DNA of 64,000 nucleotides from Nitrospirota bacterium (GCA_963663225.1 OY760142.1:512001-576000), one strand, 5' to 3'. Positions 1 to 8,309 are shown, counted from the first letter of the stretch. Made by a program: numbers and translations. Notes: generated by a model not told the origin, from the letters alone.

Positions 1-1119
1 CGCATCAACTCCATGATTTTCAACTTTGAACTTTATTGTATATGGCAGCAAAGGTAAATAGGGCAGATTCAAACTGAACTTGACACTTTTCCCTTTTGGC
101 AAAAAACGGCTTGTAGGTGAATAGATGCCTTCAAACTGGCCACCCCGTTCGCTGTAAATTTCGGCCGTAATCCGAATACCGTCTGCATTCTTATGGTAAG
201 TCGGATCAAATTGCGCGATCGGTGAATGTTTCAAGTATGCGTTCCAGTTAAGTTCATATTGTCGGTAGTTTATCGGGTTGCCTTGCCCATCGGTGTGATT
301 CGGTTGAAGATACGGCACCGGAACTTTATTGCCATTCAACGTAACCGACTTTACAGAAAGTAGGTCTTCAGGAAAATCAATAAAACTTCGTATAGATTCA
401 CCAATCATAATCTGATTCCGGCTGGCCGCATGCTGTAGTTTCGAAGCGACATCAACAAAGAAGGATGTAGCAGTGACTTCTTCCATGCCAGGATAGCCAT
501 AGGAACTCCACAGCACATCTGCTTCTTTGCCAAAATCGACACCCACGCGAATTCCAAAAGGCTCCTTATACCCCATGGAATTCAGTTTTGGAACAACGCT
601 CTGCTCAACAAAATAGCCGAGGACAGACGCGCAGTTCAGACCATCGACGATGCCAGATTCCGGTGCAACAGTTCGACCGCCGAAATATGCCATCACCGCA
701 TCGCCCATGATTCTGTGCACATGGCCGTTGAATGACTTGATGATTTCCATAGCGACTCGAACGAATGCGTTCTTGATCCGGAATACATCTTCTAATGGAT
801 AAAGAAGGCTAAGGCGTGTGGAGCTTTCAATATCCATGAATAGAGTCGTAATTTGACACTTAATCACCTGGTCTGTCCCGAGAAGGTGCTTGAAATCGGG
901 ATGATCACCAATATCCGGCCGCTGAGGTTCACCTTTGTGATAGAGAGGGCGAAGTATCCGTTGAATTGAATATTGCGGTACAAGCACGTTAGCTGTAGAT
1001 TCGGAAAAAGTCACTGCAGAATCCATCGATTTCGATGCCAGCAAGCGGGTAGCGTTTCTTTTGCTCGCATCTTCAAGATAGCAGGAAAATGTGTTCTGAA
1101 AACTATTTCTGACTCCCAT
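1..1119 (-). CDS. pycC: Pycsar pyrimidine cyclase (class III nucleotide cyclase plus start of a C-terminal AGS-C-like domain); 3' end beyond window
   Basis: Manual translation from ATG at 1119 (RBS AAGGAG at 1130-1135) is open to base 1: MGVRNSFQ...GDHPDFKHL...TTLFMDIESSTRL...GHVHRIMGDAVMAYFG...GIRVGVDFG...EVTATSFFVDVASKLQHAA...KFKVENHGVDA. Cyclase metal-binding Asp motifs are present and the gene lies directly after a PycTM-like gene. Confidence 0.9.
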   Translation of the reverse strand, partial: MGVRNSFQNTFSCYLEDASKRNATRLLASKSMDSAVTFSESTANVLVPQYSIQRILRPLYHKGEPQRPDIGDHPDFKHLLGTDQVIKCQITTLFMDIESSTRLSLLYPLEDVFRIKNAFVRVAMEIIKSFNGHVHRIMGDAVMAYFGGRTVAPESGIVDGLNCASVLGYFVEQSVVPKLNSMGYKEPFGIRVGVDFGKEADVLWSSYGYPGMEEVTATSFFVDVASKLQHAASRNQIMIGESIRSFIDFPEDLLSVKSVTLNGNKVPVPYLQPNHTDGQGNPINYRQYELNWNAYLKHSPIAQFDPTYHKNADGIRITAEIYSERGGQFEGIYSPTSRFLPKGKSVKFSLNLPYLPLLPYTIKFKVENHGVDA

Positions 1120-1135
1120 ACCGGCAATTCTCCTT

Positions 1136-1672
1136 TCAAATAAGAGCCCTGGCCACTGCCACGATCTTAACCAAAATCATCAAACCAAGTGCCGGTAGCT
1201 GAACAAAAAGAATGGCGCCTACCGCTATTTTCATTTTTCGGAACTTGTCATTGAGGCCTCGGGCCAGAACATGAGCCTGCATGCAACAATCTCGAAGCAG
1301 TTCTTCATTATTGAGTTCATTAACACATTGGTGATACTCTTCCGGAGTATCGAATTCTGCGATATGCCCAAAGAATATCTTCGAATGGTATTTCGTCGGG
1401 TCCTTTGGTGATTTCAAGAATGGATTTATGACTTGGAACACCGTCGCCAAAGAGAACAGGGATGATATCGCTGCTATAAAAAGTAGCAAGCTTACGATAG
1501 CGATCGCGACTGCCTGTTGACCAAACGTCTGAAGCAGCTCGCCCCATTTGAGAACAATGGCGCTAAAGATAAATGTATCAAAGGCCACGATCACCGTTGC
1601 CTTCGTATTTGTCGTATTAATGTAATGATCGAAACGATTAATAACTCGCCAGAGAAAATCCGTGGATGACAT
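1136..1672 (-). CDS. pycTM: Pycsar transmembrane effector (PycTM / DUF5706-like)
   Basis: Motif pattern 'RFDHYINTTNTKA', two TM helices, 'P...SKIFFGHIA', 'QAHVLARGLNDKF', terminal TM; adjacent to the cyclase. Confidence 0.88.
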   Translation of the reverse strand: MSSTDFLWRVINRFDHYINTTNTKATVIVAFDTFIFSAIVLKWGELLQTFGQQAVAIAIVSLLLFIAAISSLFSLATVFQVINPFLKSPKDPTKYHSKIFFGHIAEFDTPEEYHQCVNELNNEELLRDCCMQAHVLARGLNDKFRKMKIAVGAILFVQLPALGLMILVKIVAVARALI

Positions 1673-1719
1673 ATCGGGCTCCCTTTTTCGTCATGTGCAC
1701 TACTTGTTCTAAAACAATC

Positions 1720-1746
1720 GGGCGAGACTCATAGATGAGTTCGCCC
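1720..1746 (-). terminator. Hairpin between the microprotein gene and pycTM (possible weak terminator/attenuator)
   Basis: Minus strand GGGCGAACTCAT-CT-ATGAGTCTCGCCC followed by GATTGTTTT. Confidence 0.5.
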
Positions 1747-1753
1747 TTGCAAA

Positions 1754-1927
1754 TTACTTTTCCTTCCGCACGCCCTTGAAAGGATCCTTGTCTTGTTTCT
1801 GATCGATGAAGCGACCGGTTTCCGCATCACGCTTTACCCAGCGGTCGTTGTGTGGATTGTAGGTCTGAGACCGGTCTGTTACTTGGCCATGCCTGTGACC
1901 GTCTCCTGTTGGTGGGTTTTTCGCCAT
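1754..1927 (-). CDS. 57-aa basic microprotein of unknown function
   Basis: MAKNPPTGDGHRHGQVTDRSQTYNP...RWVKRDAETGRFIDQK...PFKGVRKEK; strong RBS GGAGGTG upstream of ATG 1927. Confidence 0.8.
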   Translation of the reverse strand: MAKNPPTGDGHRHGQVTDRSQTYNPHNDRWVKRDAETGRFIDQKQDKDPFKGVRKEK

Positions 1928-1952
1928 TATGTTCACCTCCCTTCTTTTTGGA

Positions 1953-2369
1953 TTAGGCACCATCATTTGATATAACAAGAATAATAGTCGTTGCCAATAG
2001 CCCGACCATCAATACTGCTGTCTGTAGTTGTTTGCTTTCCCTTAACCCTGTAGCTACGAACCGCGCAAAATGCTCACAATTGTTGCCAAATAGATCGTAT
2101 GCATCATTTTCAAGAGCCTTTTTAATTCTTACCATTGCATAAGGCTCGTCGGTGATCTTGGTTATGAACTCCCATTTGCCCGTATCGGCTAACCAGTCGG
2201 TTCGAATGCGAGGAGGGGTCTGATGAATTACCACAGGCAAGTTGTGGTCTACTGAAAGCTCCAAACGATTCCCGATATCGAGAATCCCGTAATGGTCTAT
2301 CAGAACCCCTTTCACGGTGCACTTCTGCTTTATAAGATAAAGTCCATCACTCAGCCTATTGCGCGGCAT
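1953..2369 (-). CDS. LRAT (lecithin retinol acyltransferase, permuted NlpC/P60) family protein with C-terminal membrane anchor
   Basis: 'DHYGI', 'VVIH' and 'YDLFGNNCEHFA' motifs; hydrophobic C-terminus; RBS AAGGAGGT. Confidence 0.85.
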   Translation of the reverse strand: MPRNRLSDGLYLIKQKCTVKGVLIDHYGILDIGNRLELSVDHNLPVVIHQTPPRIRTDWLADTGKWEFITKITDEPYAMVRIKKALENDAYDLFGNNCEHFARFVATGLRESKQLQTAVLMVGLLATTIILVISNDGA

Positions 2370-2421
2370 CGTTGATACCTCCTTTACACCCTAAAACTAT
2401 TAGTTGTGGCTTGTTAGATAG

Positions 2422-2452
2422 AAGGCTTTAAATACATCCAACTTAAAGCCTT
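2422..2452. promoter_or_regulatory. Palindrome A, candidate operator
   Basis: AAGGCTTTAA-ATACATCCAAC-TTAAAGCCTT; core CTTTAAAT-N7-ACTTAAAG is shared with 3055-3085. Confidence 0.6.
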
Positions 2453-2462
2453 GCTAAAAAAA

Positions 2463-3044
2463 TTATGTCACTGGCATATAAAGATATTGCTTGCCATGAG
2501 GGTCAATAATTTCCTTTCTTCGAATCAGCCTTGACTTGAACAACTTACCCAAGTAAGTACTTGCTGTATAAATATCTTTTTTAAAAACGAGATCTGCGAT
2601 TTCTCTTGCTGTACATTTACCTGCTGTCATAATATAATCATAAATTAGCAAATCTACAGACACTTTCTTTTTACCTTGTTTCTCTCCAAATACAATAAAT
2701 GGATGTTTTTTGTTCTTTTGCATAACCAGGCATGGAACTTTCCGATAAGATGTTACAAGTTCGAGATCATACATAGAATTGTCAGGAATATTTTTACTTA
2801 CAAGAAAAAGTTCTCTATCTTCGCTTACCAACTCTTTCATTAAAAGCACGATGACTTCATCTGCAATAGAAGAATTAAAAGACCCAATGCCCTCAAAGTC
2901 CAGATAGATTATATCTTCGTTAGATAGCAAATTCTTCGTTTGTTTCAGAATATCCTTTTTTATTTCAACGCCCCAATCTCGCGAATTTAGGTCAATTCCT
3001 TTAATGCCAAGCTGTTTCTTTATTTTTAGGATCGAAATAATCAT
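2463..3044 (-). CDS. STAS-like (DUF4325-like) domain plus C-terminal winged-helix protein; CapS-like repressor candidate
   Basis: 'LNSRDWG...IIYLDFEGIGSFNSSIADE' STAS-like motif with Ser; C-terminal 'CTAREIAD...TASTYLGKLFKSRLIRRK...GKQYLY' wHTH. Confidence 0.7.
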   Translation of the reverse strand: MIISILKIKKQLGIKGIDLNSRDWGVEIKKDILKQTKNLLSNEDIIYLDFEGIGSFNSSIADEVIVLLMKELVSEDRELFLVSKNIPDNSMYDLELVTSYRKVPCLVMQKNKKHPFIVFGEKQGKKKVSVDLLIYDYIMTAGKCTAREIADLVFKKDIYTASTYLGKLFKSRLIRRKEIIDPHGKQYLYMPVT

Positions 3045-3054
3045 AATGCGAAGC

Positions 3055-3085
3055 TAGCCTTTAAATGATCTATACTTAAAGGCTA
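3055..3085. promoter_or_regulatory. Palindrome B, candidate operator
   Basis: TAGCCTTTAA-ATGATCTATAC-TTAAAGGCTA; same core and spacing as palindrome A. Confidence 0.6.
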
Positions 3086-4015
3086 TAATAAACCATGTTG
3101 CTCATGTGTGTCAAGAGCAAAGTTTATCTCTCCCAAAGATAGAATGATCGCGATTCTCGTGCCTCTGCATAGTGGCATATTGATATACTCGCTCAACTTG
3201 CCATCAGGTCTACAGAGTACCGCGCCACCACCCGAATTTATCCATAGATACCCTGAAGAGTCCCAAACTATTTTTTGAACTTCGTGAAGTCCTAAACCTC
3301 TGTCACCTGCTCCTGAAACGCCAGGCTCCAATGCCTTTCTAATAAATTCTGAATCATTGGTGAAGCCGAATCTATATTTTAATGCAAGACTGTGTCTAAT
3401 ACCGATACCATCATCGACAACAGCAAGCTTTACGATCTCAGATCCAGATTTTTTATATTTATATCTCTGAATTGCAACATAGCCATCGCTTCCGCTGTGC
3501 GTATAAACATTGGTGCAAAGTTCGGTCATTACTTTAACGAAAAAATCAACATTCATCTTTTTTCGAAATGTAGACAGGATTGAGACGGCTCGTTCTCTGA
3601 ACCTTATCACGATGTCATCGACATCCCCTCTTCCATCTTCTGTTGAAGTGCTGATTTTTTGTATTTCCAGTAAACTTTTTGTCGCGCTACTCCGCGAAAA
3701 TTTGGCATCTATTGCCGGATTGTGGAACCACTGACCACCTTTTTTAAAAAAATCCATTCGTTCCAAGTATTTAATCAACTCAGATCTGTTATCTATAATA
3801 TGAATCTTGTATCGTGTACGTTCAAAGATCTGTTTGCCGATGAATAACAAACCCAACAAACCATACGGAGAAATAAACGATACATTTCGTAAATTTAAGA
3901 CAACAGAAATGCTGTGTTCAAGTTTGCATTTCTGAATCTTATCCACAACAAAACCAAACTTGTCAATATCGTCTAGTCCATCGGGAATATCTATGTTATA
4001 AAGTGAAGTTGTCAT
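3083..4015 (-). CDS. STAS-like plus HATPase (anti-sigma-factor-kinase-like) protein; CapK-like candidate
   Basis: N-terminal 'VLNLRNVSFISPYGL...YLERMDF'; GHKL motifs 'ELCTNVYTHS', 'VVDDGIGI', 'GVSG..RGLGL', 'GTRI'; no His-phosphoacceptor domain. Confidence 0.75.
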   Translation of the reverse strand: MTTSLYNIDIPDGLDDIDKFGFVVDKIQKCKLEHSISVVLNLRNVSFISPYGLLGLLFIGKQIFERTRYKIHIIDNRSELIKYLERMDFFKKGGQWFHNPAIDAKFSRSSATKSLLEIQKISTSTEDGRGDVDDIVIRFRERAVSILSTFRKKMNVDFFVKVMTELCTNVYTHSGSDGYVAIQRYKYKKSGSEIVKLAVVDDGIGIRHSLALKYRFGFTNDSEFIRKALEPGVSGAGDRGLGLHEVQKIVWDSSGYLWINSGGGAVLCRPDGKLSEYINMPLCRGTRIAIILSLGEINFALDTHEQHGLL

Positions 4016-4167
4016 TCGCGCAGATAATTGCTGATTCCAGCTAAAAAACTGTACTACAAGTTACCGCTAATGTCCAGATAAGAGATGAGTAAAAATATAT
4101 AAAAAGGCTCAGCATTATCATCGGCCCCTCATTATATTCTGATCTTTGTGAGCTATTTTATCTTTAT

Positions 4168-4341
4168 TTACTCCGCCATCTTCGCAAACGGCAGAATCTG
4201 AGCCCCTACCTTGATGCCGCCCATATAATCACTCCACTGCTGCATCATTTTCTTCCGCTCATCCAGATACGCGGTTCTGTTGTATGCTCGACCATTCGGA
4301 TCGCAGATCATGTGCTCGAGCTGGTGCTCGATGTATTCTGG
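4168..4341 (-). pseudogene. C-terminal remnant of a P4-like tyrosine integrase
   Basis: Manual translation PEYIEHQLEHMICDPNGRAYNRTAYLDERKKMMQQWSDYMGGIKVGAQILPFAKMAE*, the typical integrase C-terminus with the catalytic Tyr. An in-frame TAA at 4342-4344 precedes it. Confidence 0.85.
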
Positions 4342-4351
4342 TTAGACAAAG

Positions 4352-4555
4352 ATGGCGAAAATTTTTGAGAGTTTTGATGAGATTGCCCGGAAATACAGCA
4401 AGCATACGATTCTGCATGGCGCGAGCCTGCCTGCAAAGCTCCAGGCCCAGCATGAGGGTGAACGGGGTGATGTTCCAATAAGAAAAAACGACTTATTTAA
4501 GGGAGAAAACAAACGGCAAAGGCTGAGACTACCTCTACTGCATATAAAAATCTAA
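4352..4555 (+). pseudogene. Probable C-terminal remnant of a DinB/UmuC Y-family polymerase
   Basis: 'FESFDEIARKYSKHTILHGAS...QHEGERGD...LFKGENKRQRL' resembles the 'D.I..KYG...L' tail of Y-family polymerases (recognised from memory, not searched). Confidence 0.45.
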
Positions 4556-4562
4556 AAGCTAT

Positions 4563-4853
4563 TTATGAGTTGAGTTCAACGATTTGTACGATTCGCGCAT
4601 AATTCTCACCAGCAGGATCTTCTATTGGCGCAAACAATACTTTATCCCCGGCTTGAAGCTCGATTTTCGTTCTCACCAATTCGCGACTGTCTATCCTGTA
4701 CTCTTCACCATTCAGAAGCGAGCGGATTCTTCCGGTGCGATCATCCATATTAAATTCCATGATGATTCCTTCTTCCTTTGCGTAAACTTCATCCCAGACT
4801 TCTTCTCTTTCATCTTCCGACATTGATGTAATCGGTTTATCTTTTTGGGACAT
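4563..4853 (-). CDS. Small hypothetical protein, possible cold-shock/OB-fold
   Basis: 'EGIIMEFN..RTGRI...ELQAGDKVLF...YARIV' pattern; RBS GGAGGG upstream. Confidence 0.6.
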   Translation of the reverse strand: MSQKDKPITSMSEDEREEVWDEVYAKEEGIIMEFNMDDRTGRIRSLLNGEEYRIDSRELVRTKIELQAGDKVLFAPIEDPAGENYARIVQIVELNS

Positions 4854-4893
4854 AGTTCCCTCCCTTTTTGGGTAGCGGGGCAGTGTTTTAATT

Positions 4894-4925
4894 ACCGTCT
4901 CACAACCGTCTCACTAGCGTCTCAT
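4894..4925. repeat. Three tandem 10-bp repeats at 11-bp period; candidate integrase arm-type sites
   Basis: ACCGTCTCAC (4894), ACCGTCTCAC (4905), AGCGTCTCAT (4916), next to the tRNA 3' end. Confidence 0.65.
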
Positions 4926-4934
4926 TGATAAGAA

Positions 4935-4964
4935 AAGGGGCTACAGCAAATGCTGTAACCCCTT
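4935..4964 (-). terminator. Hairpin downstream of tRNA-fMet
   Basis: AAGGGGCTACAGCA-AA-TGCTGTAACCCCTT; minus strand ends in a T run. Confidence 0.7.
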
Positions 4965-4972
4965 GAATTTAT

Positions 4973-5049
<77 letters not shown>

Positions 5050-5286
5050 ATGAGGAATGCATAATAAAGCACGAGCCCGCACTTGTCAAGAAAATTATGA
5101 CCTTGACGCAAGAATAGTTAAGTTTTTCATTATTATGCCGATGAATAAAGCATAAATCACAAAAACAGCTGAGCAGGCCCGAACAGAGAATCAGCCAATA
5201 TTTAGTTGACAAAACCGCTTTTTTTTCTCTATAATTGTGAAGAATATATGATAATTTTGGCAAGATCTTATGGCATGAGGTTGCTG

Positions 5287-6042
5287 ATGAAGCGAGAATT
5301 AGCCTATATACTGGCAGTTGCGGCATTCCTGCTCGTCCCCTGCCTGCCAGCCTCGGCAGACATTTATCAGTATACTGACGAGAACGGCGTGGTGCACTTC
5401 AGCAACGTCAGCGTCGGCGGCAGCAAAAAATTCAAAAAAGTAAAGTCCGAGCCTAAATCTGATTTGAAAAAAGAAGACACTTCTGAACCCGCGTCCGGCA
5501 TCCCCGGTCCGATTAAGCAGACGTCCTCCGGCATCCCGCACTCCTACATAGAGATTATCAATTCCGCCTGCTATAGTCACGGCGTGGATCCTTCGCTTGT
5601 GCATGCCGTCATTAAGGTGGAATCAAACTTCAACCCCTACGCGATGTCAAAGAAGGGGGCCATGGGGCTCATGCAACTCATGCCGCAGACCGCCGTGGAA
5701 ATGAATGTTAAGAACACATTCAGCCCGAAAGAAAATATTTACGGCGGGGTAAAATACCTCAAGTATCTTATGGACCGCTATGAGGGAAACCTTTCTCTGG
5801 CGCTCGCGGCGTACAATGCCGGCGAGACAACGGTAAAGCGCTGGGGTACGATCCCCCCGATAAAAGAAACGCAGAACTATGTACGAAGAATCCTGTCGCT
5901 GTACAATGGTAGCGGCGGCGTATTTGCTCCCCGGCATACCATCTATGTCGGCCATAGTGAGGACGGGGCGCTGATCTTTACGGACAATCCTTCCAAACAG
6001 CAGTTGAAGAAGCTTTCGCGAAACACTACAACGGAACTTTAA
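5287..6042 (+). CDS. Lytic transglycosylase (DUF4124 plus SLT domain)
   Basis: Signal peptide, 'ADIYQYTDENGVVHFSN', 'VESNFNP.AMSKKGAMGLMQLMP', 'LAAYNAG'. Confidence 0.93.
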   Translation: MKRELAYILAVAAFLLVPCLPASADIYQYTDENGVVHFSNVSVGGSKKFKKVKSEPKSDLKKEDTSEPASGIPGPIKQTSSGIPHSYIEIINSACYSHGVDPSLVHAVIKVESNFNPYAMSKKGAMGLMQLMPQTAVEMNVKNTFSPKENIYGGVKYLKYLMDRYEGNLSLALAAYNAGETTVKRWGTIPPIKETQNYVRRILSLYNGSGGVFAPRHTIYVGHSEDGALIFTDNPSKQQLKKLSRNTTTEL

Positions 6043-6641
6043 TCAAATCCACACTATCTTTTCGAAATCCTGCATTCCTTCCACAATGTGATTTGTTGTG
6101 CCCCGATGGCCCACCTTCAATTCTGCTTCAAGATTGTAATGTTTCAGGCAGGTGCCGCACGAATAGATCTCTACCCCCATGGTTTCCATGTCCTTCAGCA
6201 CGCCGACGGTTTCATCATTCACGGTCGTCAGTTTCACGCCCGCATTTAGAAAAATCATCGTGTGCGGAAGCTGTTTATATATTTTCATGGTATCGAAAAA
6301 ACCTTTAAACAGCTTTTTGCCCAGGTCCTCGTCCTTGCCCATGCTGTCGGTCCCGATAATGAGCAGAAGAGATTTTTTTTTGTTTCCGGTTCCGCAATCT
6401 GCGCTCCGGCGTTTGATTTCGGTTGACAGGCATATCCTTTCACGATTCTGACCTTCCAGTCGCGGTCCTCCCGGTTGATCTCGGCAAAGAGCGCGTTCTG
6501 CGCAGCGTAGCCGGAAAGATTCATGGCGGATTCTTCATTGTCGACAATGACCTCGACAATCCCCTCTTTGATTGTGGACAGGGCCTCTTCCGCCATGAGT
6601 ACCGGCACGGGGCAGGCTTTCCCTCTTGCATCGATTTGCAT
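6043..6641 (-). pseudogene. yedF: YedF-type selenium metabolism protein (TusA plus DsrE), split by a frameshift at an A9 run
   Basis: N-half 'IDARGKACPVPV' (6285-6641) and C-half 'GKDEDLGKKL..MIFLNAGVKL..SCGTCLKHY' (6043-6342) are in different frames. Homopolymer at 6373-6381. Confidence 0.8.
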
Positions 6642-6649
6642 ACGTCTCC

Positions 6650-7426
6650 TTATTTTTCAACCGGCATTTTCGCTTCTTTCCAGTCGGCAAATTTTGTCTG
6701 CGCGATGAATGGATACGCAAGCTTGATCAGCTTCCGGTAGGCAGAATAACTGCTGCCGCCGGTATTGCAATAAACGATGATCTTTTTCTCTTTTGGCAAA
6801 ACATCCGAACGGGTCGCAAAAACATCCACGGGAATATTGAGAGCCCCGGGAATATGTCCATCTTTGTATTCTGACTCACCGCGCACGTCAACAATGATAA
6901 GATCTCGGGTCTTGCTGTCGATAAGCTTTTTGAGGTCAACAGGAGTTATAATCGCGGTTTCCACTTTTTTAGAATAATCCGGTCCCGGCACAATGTTCAG
7001 TCCCTTTTCTTCCCATACCGGAAAACCTTCATTATAGATATTGATATTTTTGTATCCGACCGAAGCAGCTTTGATCGCTGACTTTTTGCTCTTTCCGCAT
7101 TTCACACCATTGCAATAAAACACCAGCAGCTTCGTTTTGTCTGCCGGAAGCAGCGCGCGGGACTCTTCGAATTTGTTTTCGGGAATGCTGACGGCGCCGA
7201 TAATATGCGCCTCCTGATATTCCGTCGCTGTTCTCGCGTCGATCAGGAAAAAGTCCTTTTTTGCGTCAAGCATCGCCTTAAGCTGTGCCGTCGAAAGAAC
7301 CGGGAATTCCTGCTCTGCACCCGAAGCCTGAAACGCCGTTGAGATGCTGAGCGCGCACAGAAGCAGAATCATAATCATATTGGCAGCCATTTTCTTTTTG
7401 TGCATCGTGTCCTCCAAAACAGTCAT
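6650..7426 (-). CDS. Exported double rhodanese-domain protein
   Basis: Signal peptide; two 'D.R...EY...HI.GA..IP' domains with active-site loops 'YCNGVKC' and 'YCNTG'. Confidence 0.9.
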   Translation of the reverse strand: MTVLEDTMHKKKMAANMIMILLLCALSISTAFQASGAEQEFPVLSTAQLKAMLDAKKDFFLIDARTATEYQEAHIIGAVSIPENKFEESRALLPADKTKLLVFYCNGVKCGKSKKSAIKAASVGYKNINIYNEGFPVWEEKGLNIVPGPDYSKKVETAIITPVDLKKLIDSKTRDLIIVDVRGESEYKDGHIPGALNIPVDVFATRSDVLPKEKKIIVYCNTGGSSYSAYRKLIKLAYPFIAQTKFADWKEAKMPVEK

Positions 7427-7451
7427 GGTTATTTTGAATGAAAAAATCGTT

Positions 7452-8309
7452 TTAAAGCTTCATGCTTTCCGCAAGGGCCCGCGGAATCTGCTCGATAATC
7501 TCTGATACCTGGGTGGCCGGAGTGGGTTTTGCATGGAAGCCCGCGAGACGGTTTGTTTCCGCCGCTAGGACTGCTGCTGTGCCTGTTTCCATGCCTCCGG
7601 AAATCAGTGCGGCGACGATTCCGGTGACCGTATCACCGGTTCCTCCGATAGGCTCCAGTGTTTCCACAAGGGGTTCGTTTACCATTGCGAGAATGCCGTT
7701 CCGGGTCGCCACATAATCCGTCCTGCCCTTCACCAGAAGGCACCGTGAAGCGTTCTCATGGGCATACGCACGGGCAATAAGGTCGGGCACACAGTTGCCG
7801 TCATGCAGAATAAACCCCCGTGTGTAGAACGGATGCGGTGCCTCCTCATCGGCCAGAAAGGCGAGTTCTCCGGCGTCCGGAGTGAAAAGATCAAACACAG
7901 GTGCCTGGCCGCTCATCTTGGCCGCATACATAAAGCCGGCATCCGCTATAAGAAGGGGCTTGCGGGGCATGTCCTCCAGTGAAAATAAAATGCGATTGCA
8001 GTAATCCATGTCCGGCAAGATATAATGAAAGGCGACAGCGGTGAAGTCCGCCATCGGAATGTGTCGCAGCAGATGCTCGTACAGTTTCTTGCTGCCCTTC
8101 CCGATGCCGGTGTCGCCTGCCAGGAAGCAAAACGGCAACGGCAGACCGAGGGCTTCGATCGTTTTGACAGCTGCGGCCAGCAGGGCCGGCGTGCCACGGA
8201 GCACCGGGATGGCATTGCCTTCCACGGTGATGCGGCCGTCCCTCAGGACGACCGGTCCGGCAACAAGGGGAAAATTCTCATCAGGTATGGTGCCGGCTAT
8301 CGCAAGCAT
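7452..8309 (-). CDS. Ribokinase-fold / NAD(P)HX dehydratase-like kinase family protein
   Basis: 'ADAG', 'FTPD.GEL', 'LLVKG', 'IGGTGDTVTG'; this family is typical of yedE/yedF clusters. Confidence 0.8.
   Translation of the reverse strand: MLAIAGTIPDENFPLVAGPVVLRDGRITVEGNAIPVLRGTPALLAAAVKTIEALGLPLPFCFLAGDTGIGKGSKKLYEHLLRHIPMADFTAVAFHYILPDMDYCNRILFSLEDMPRKPLLIADAGFMYAAKMSGQAPVFDLFTPDAGELAFLADEEAPHPFYTRGFILHDGNCVPDLIARAYAHENASRCLLVKGRTDYVATRNGILAMVNEPLVETLEPIGGTGDTVTGIVAALISGGMETGTAAVLAAETNRLAGFHAKPTPATQVSEIIEQIPRALAESMKL

Larger units (their letters stand above)
1..4972. mobile_element. Decayed tRNA-fMet-anchored genomic/defence island; left end outside window
   Basis: tRNA 3' end, arm-like repeats, integrase remnant, visibly AT-rich 2400-4170 and defence cargo. 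Confidence 0.75.

Noticed and set aside
2422-3085. Integron attC or dif sites
   Set aside because: They are only 31 bp, lack RYYYAAC/GTTRRRY ends and do not match XerC/XerD arms.
4894-4925. CRISPR array
   Set aside because: The repeats are 10 bp with 1-bp spacers and no cas genes are present; no array was seen anywhere in the window.
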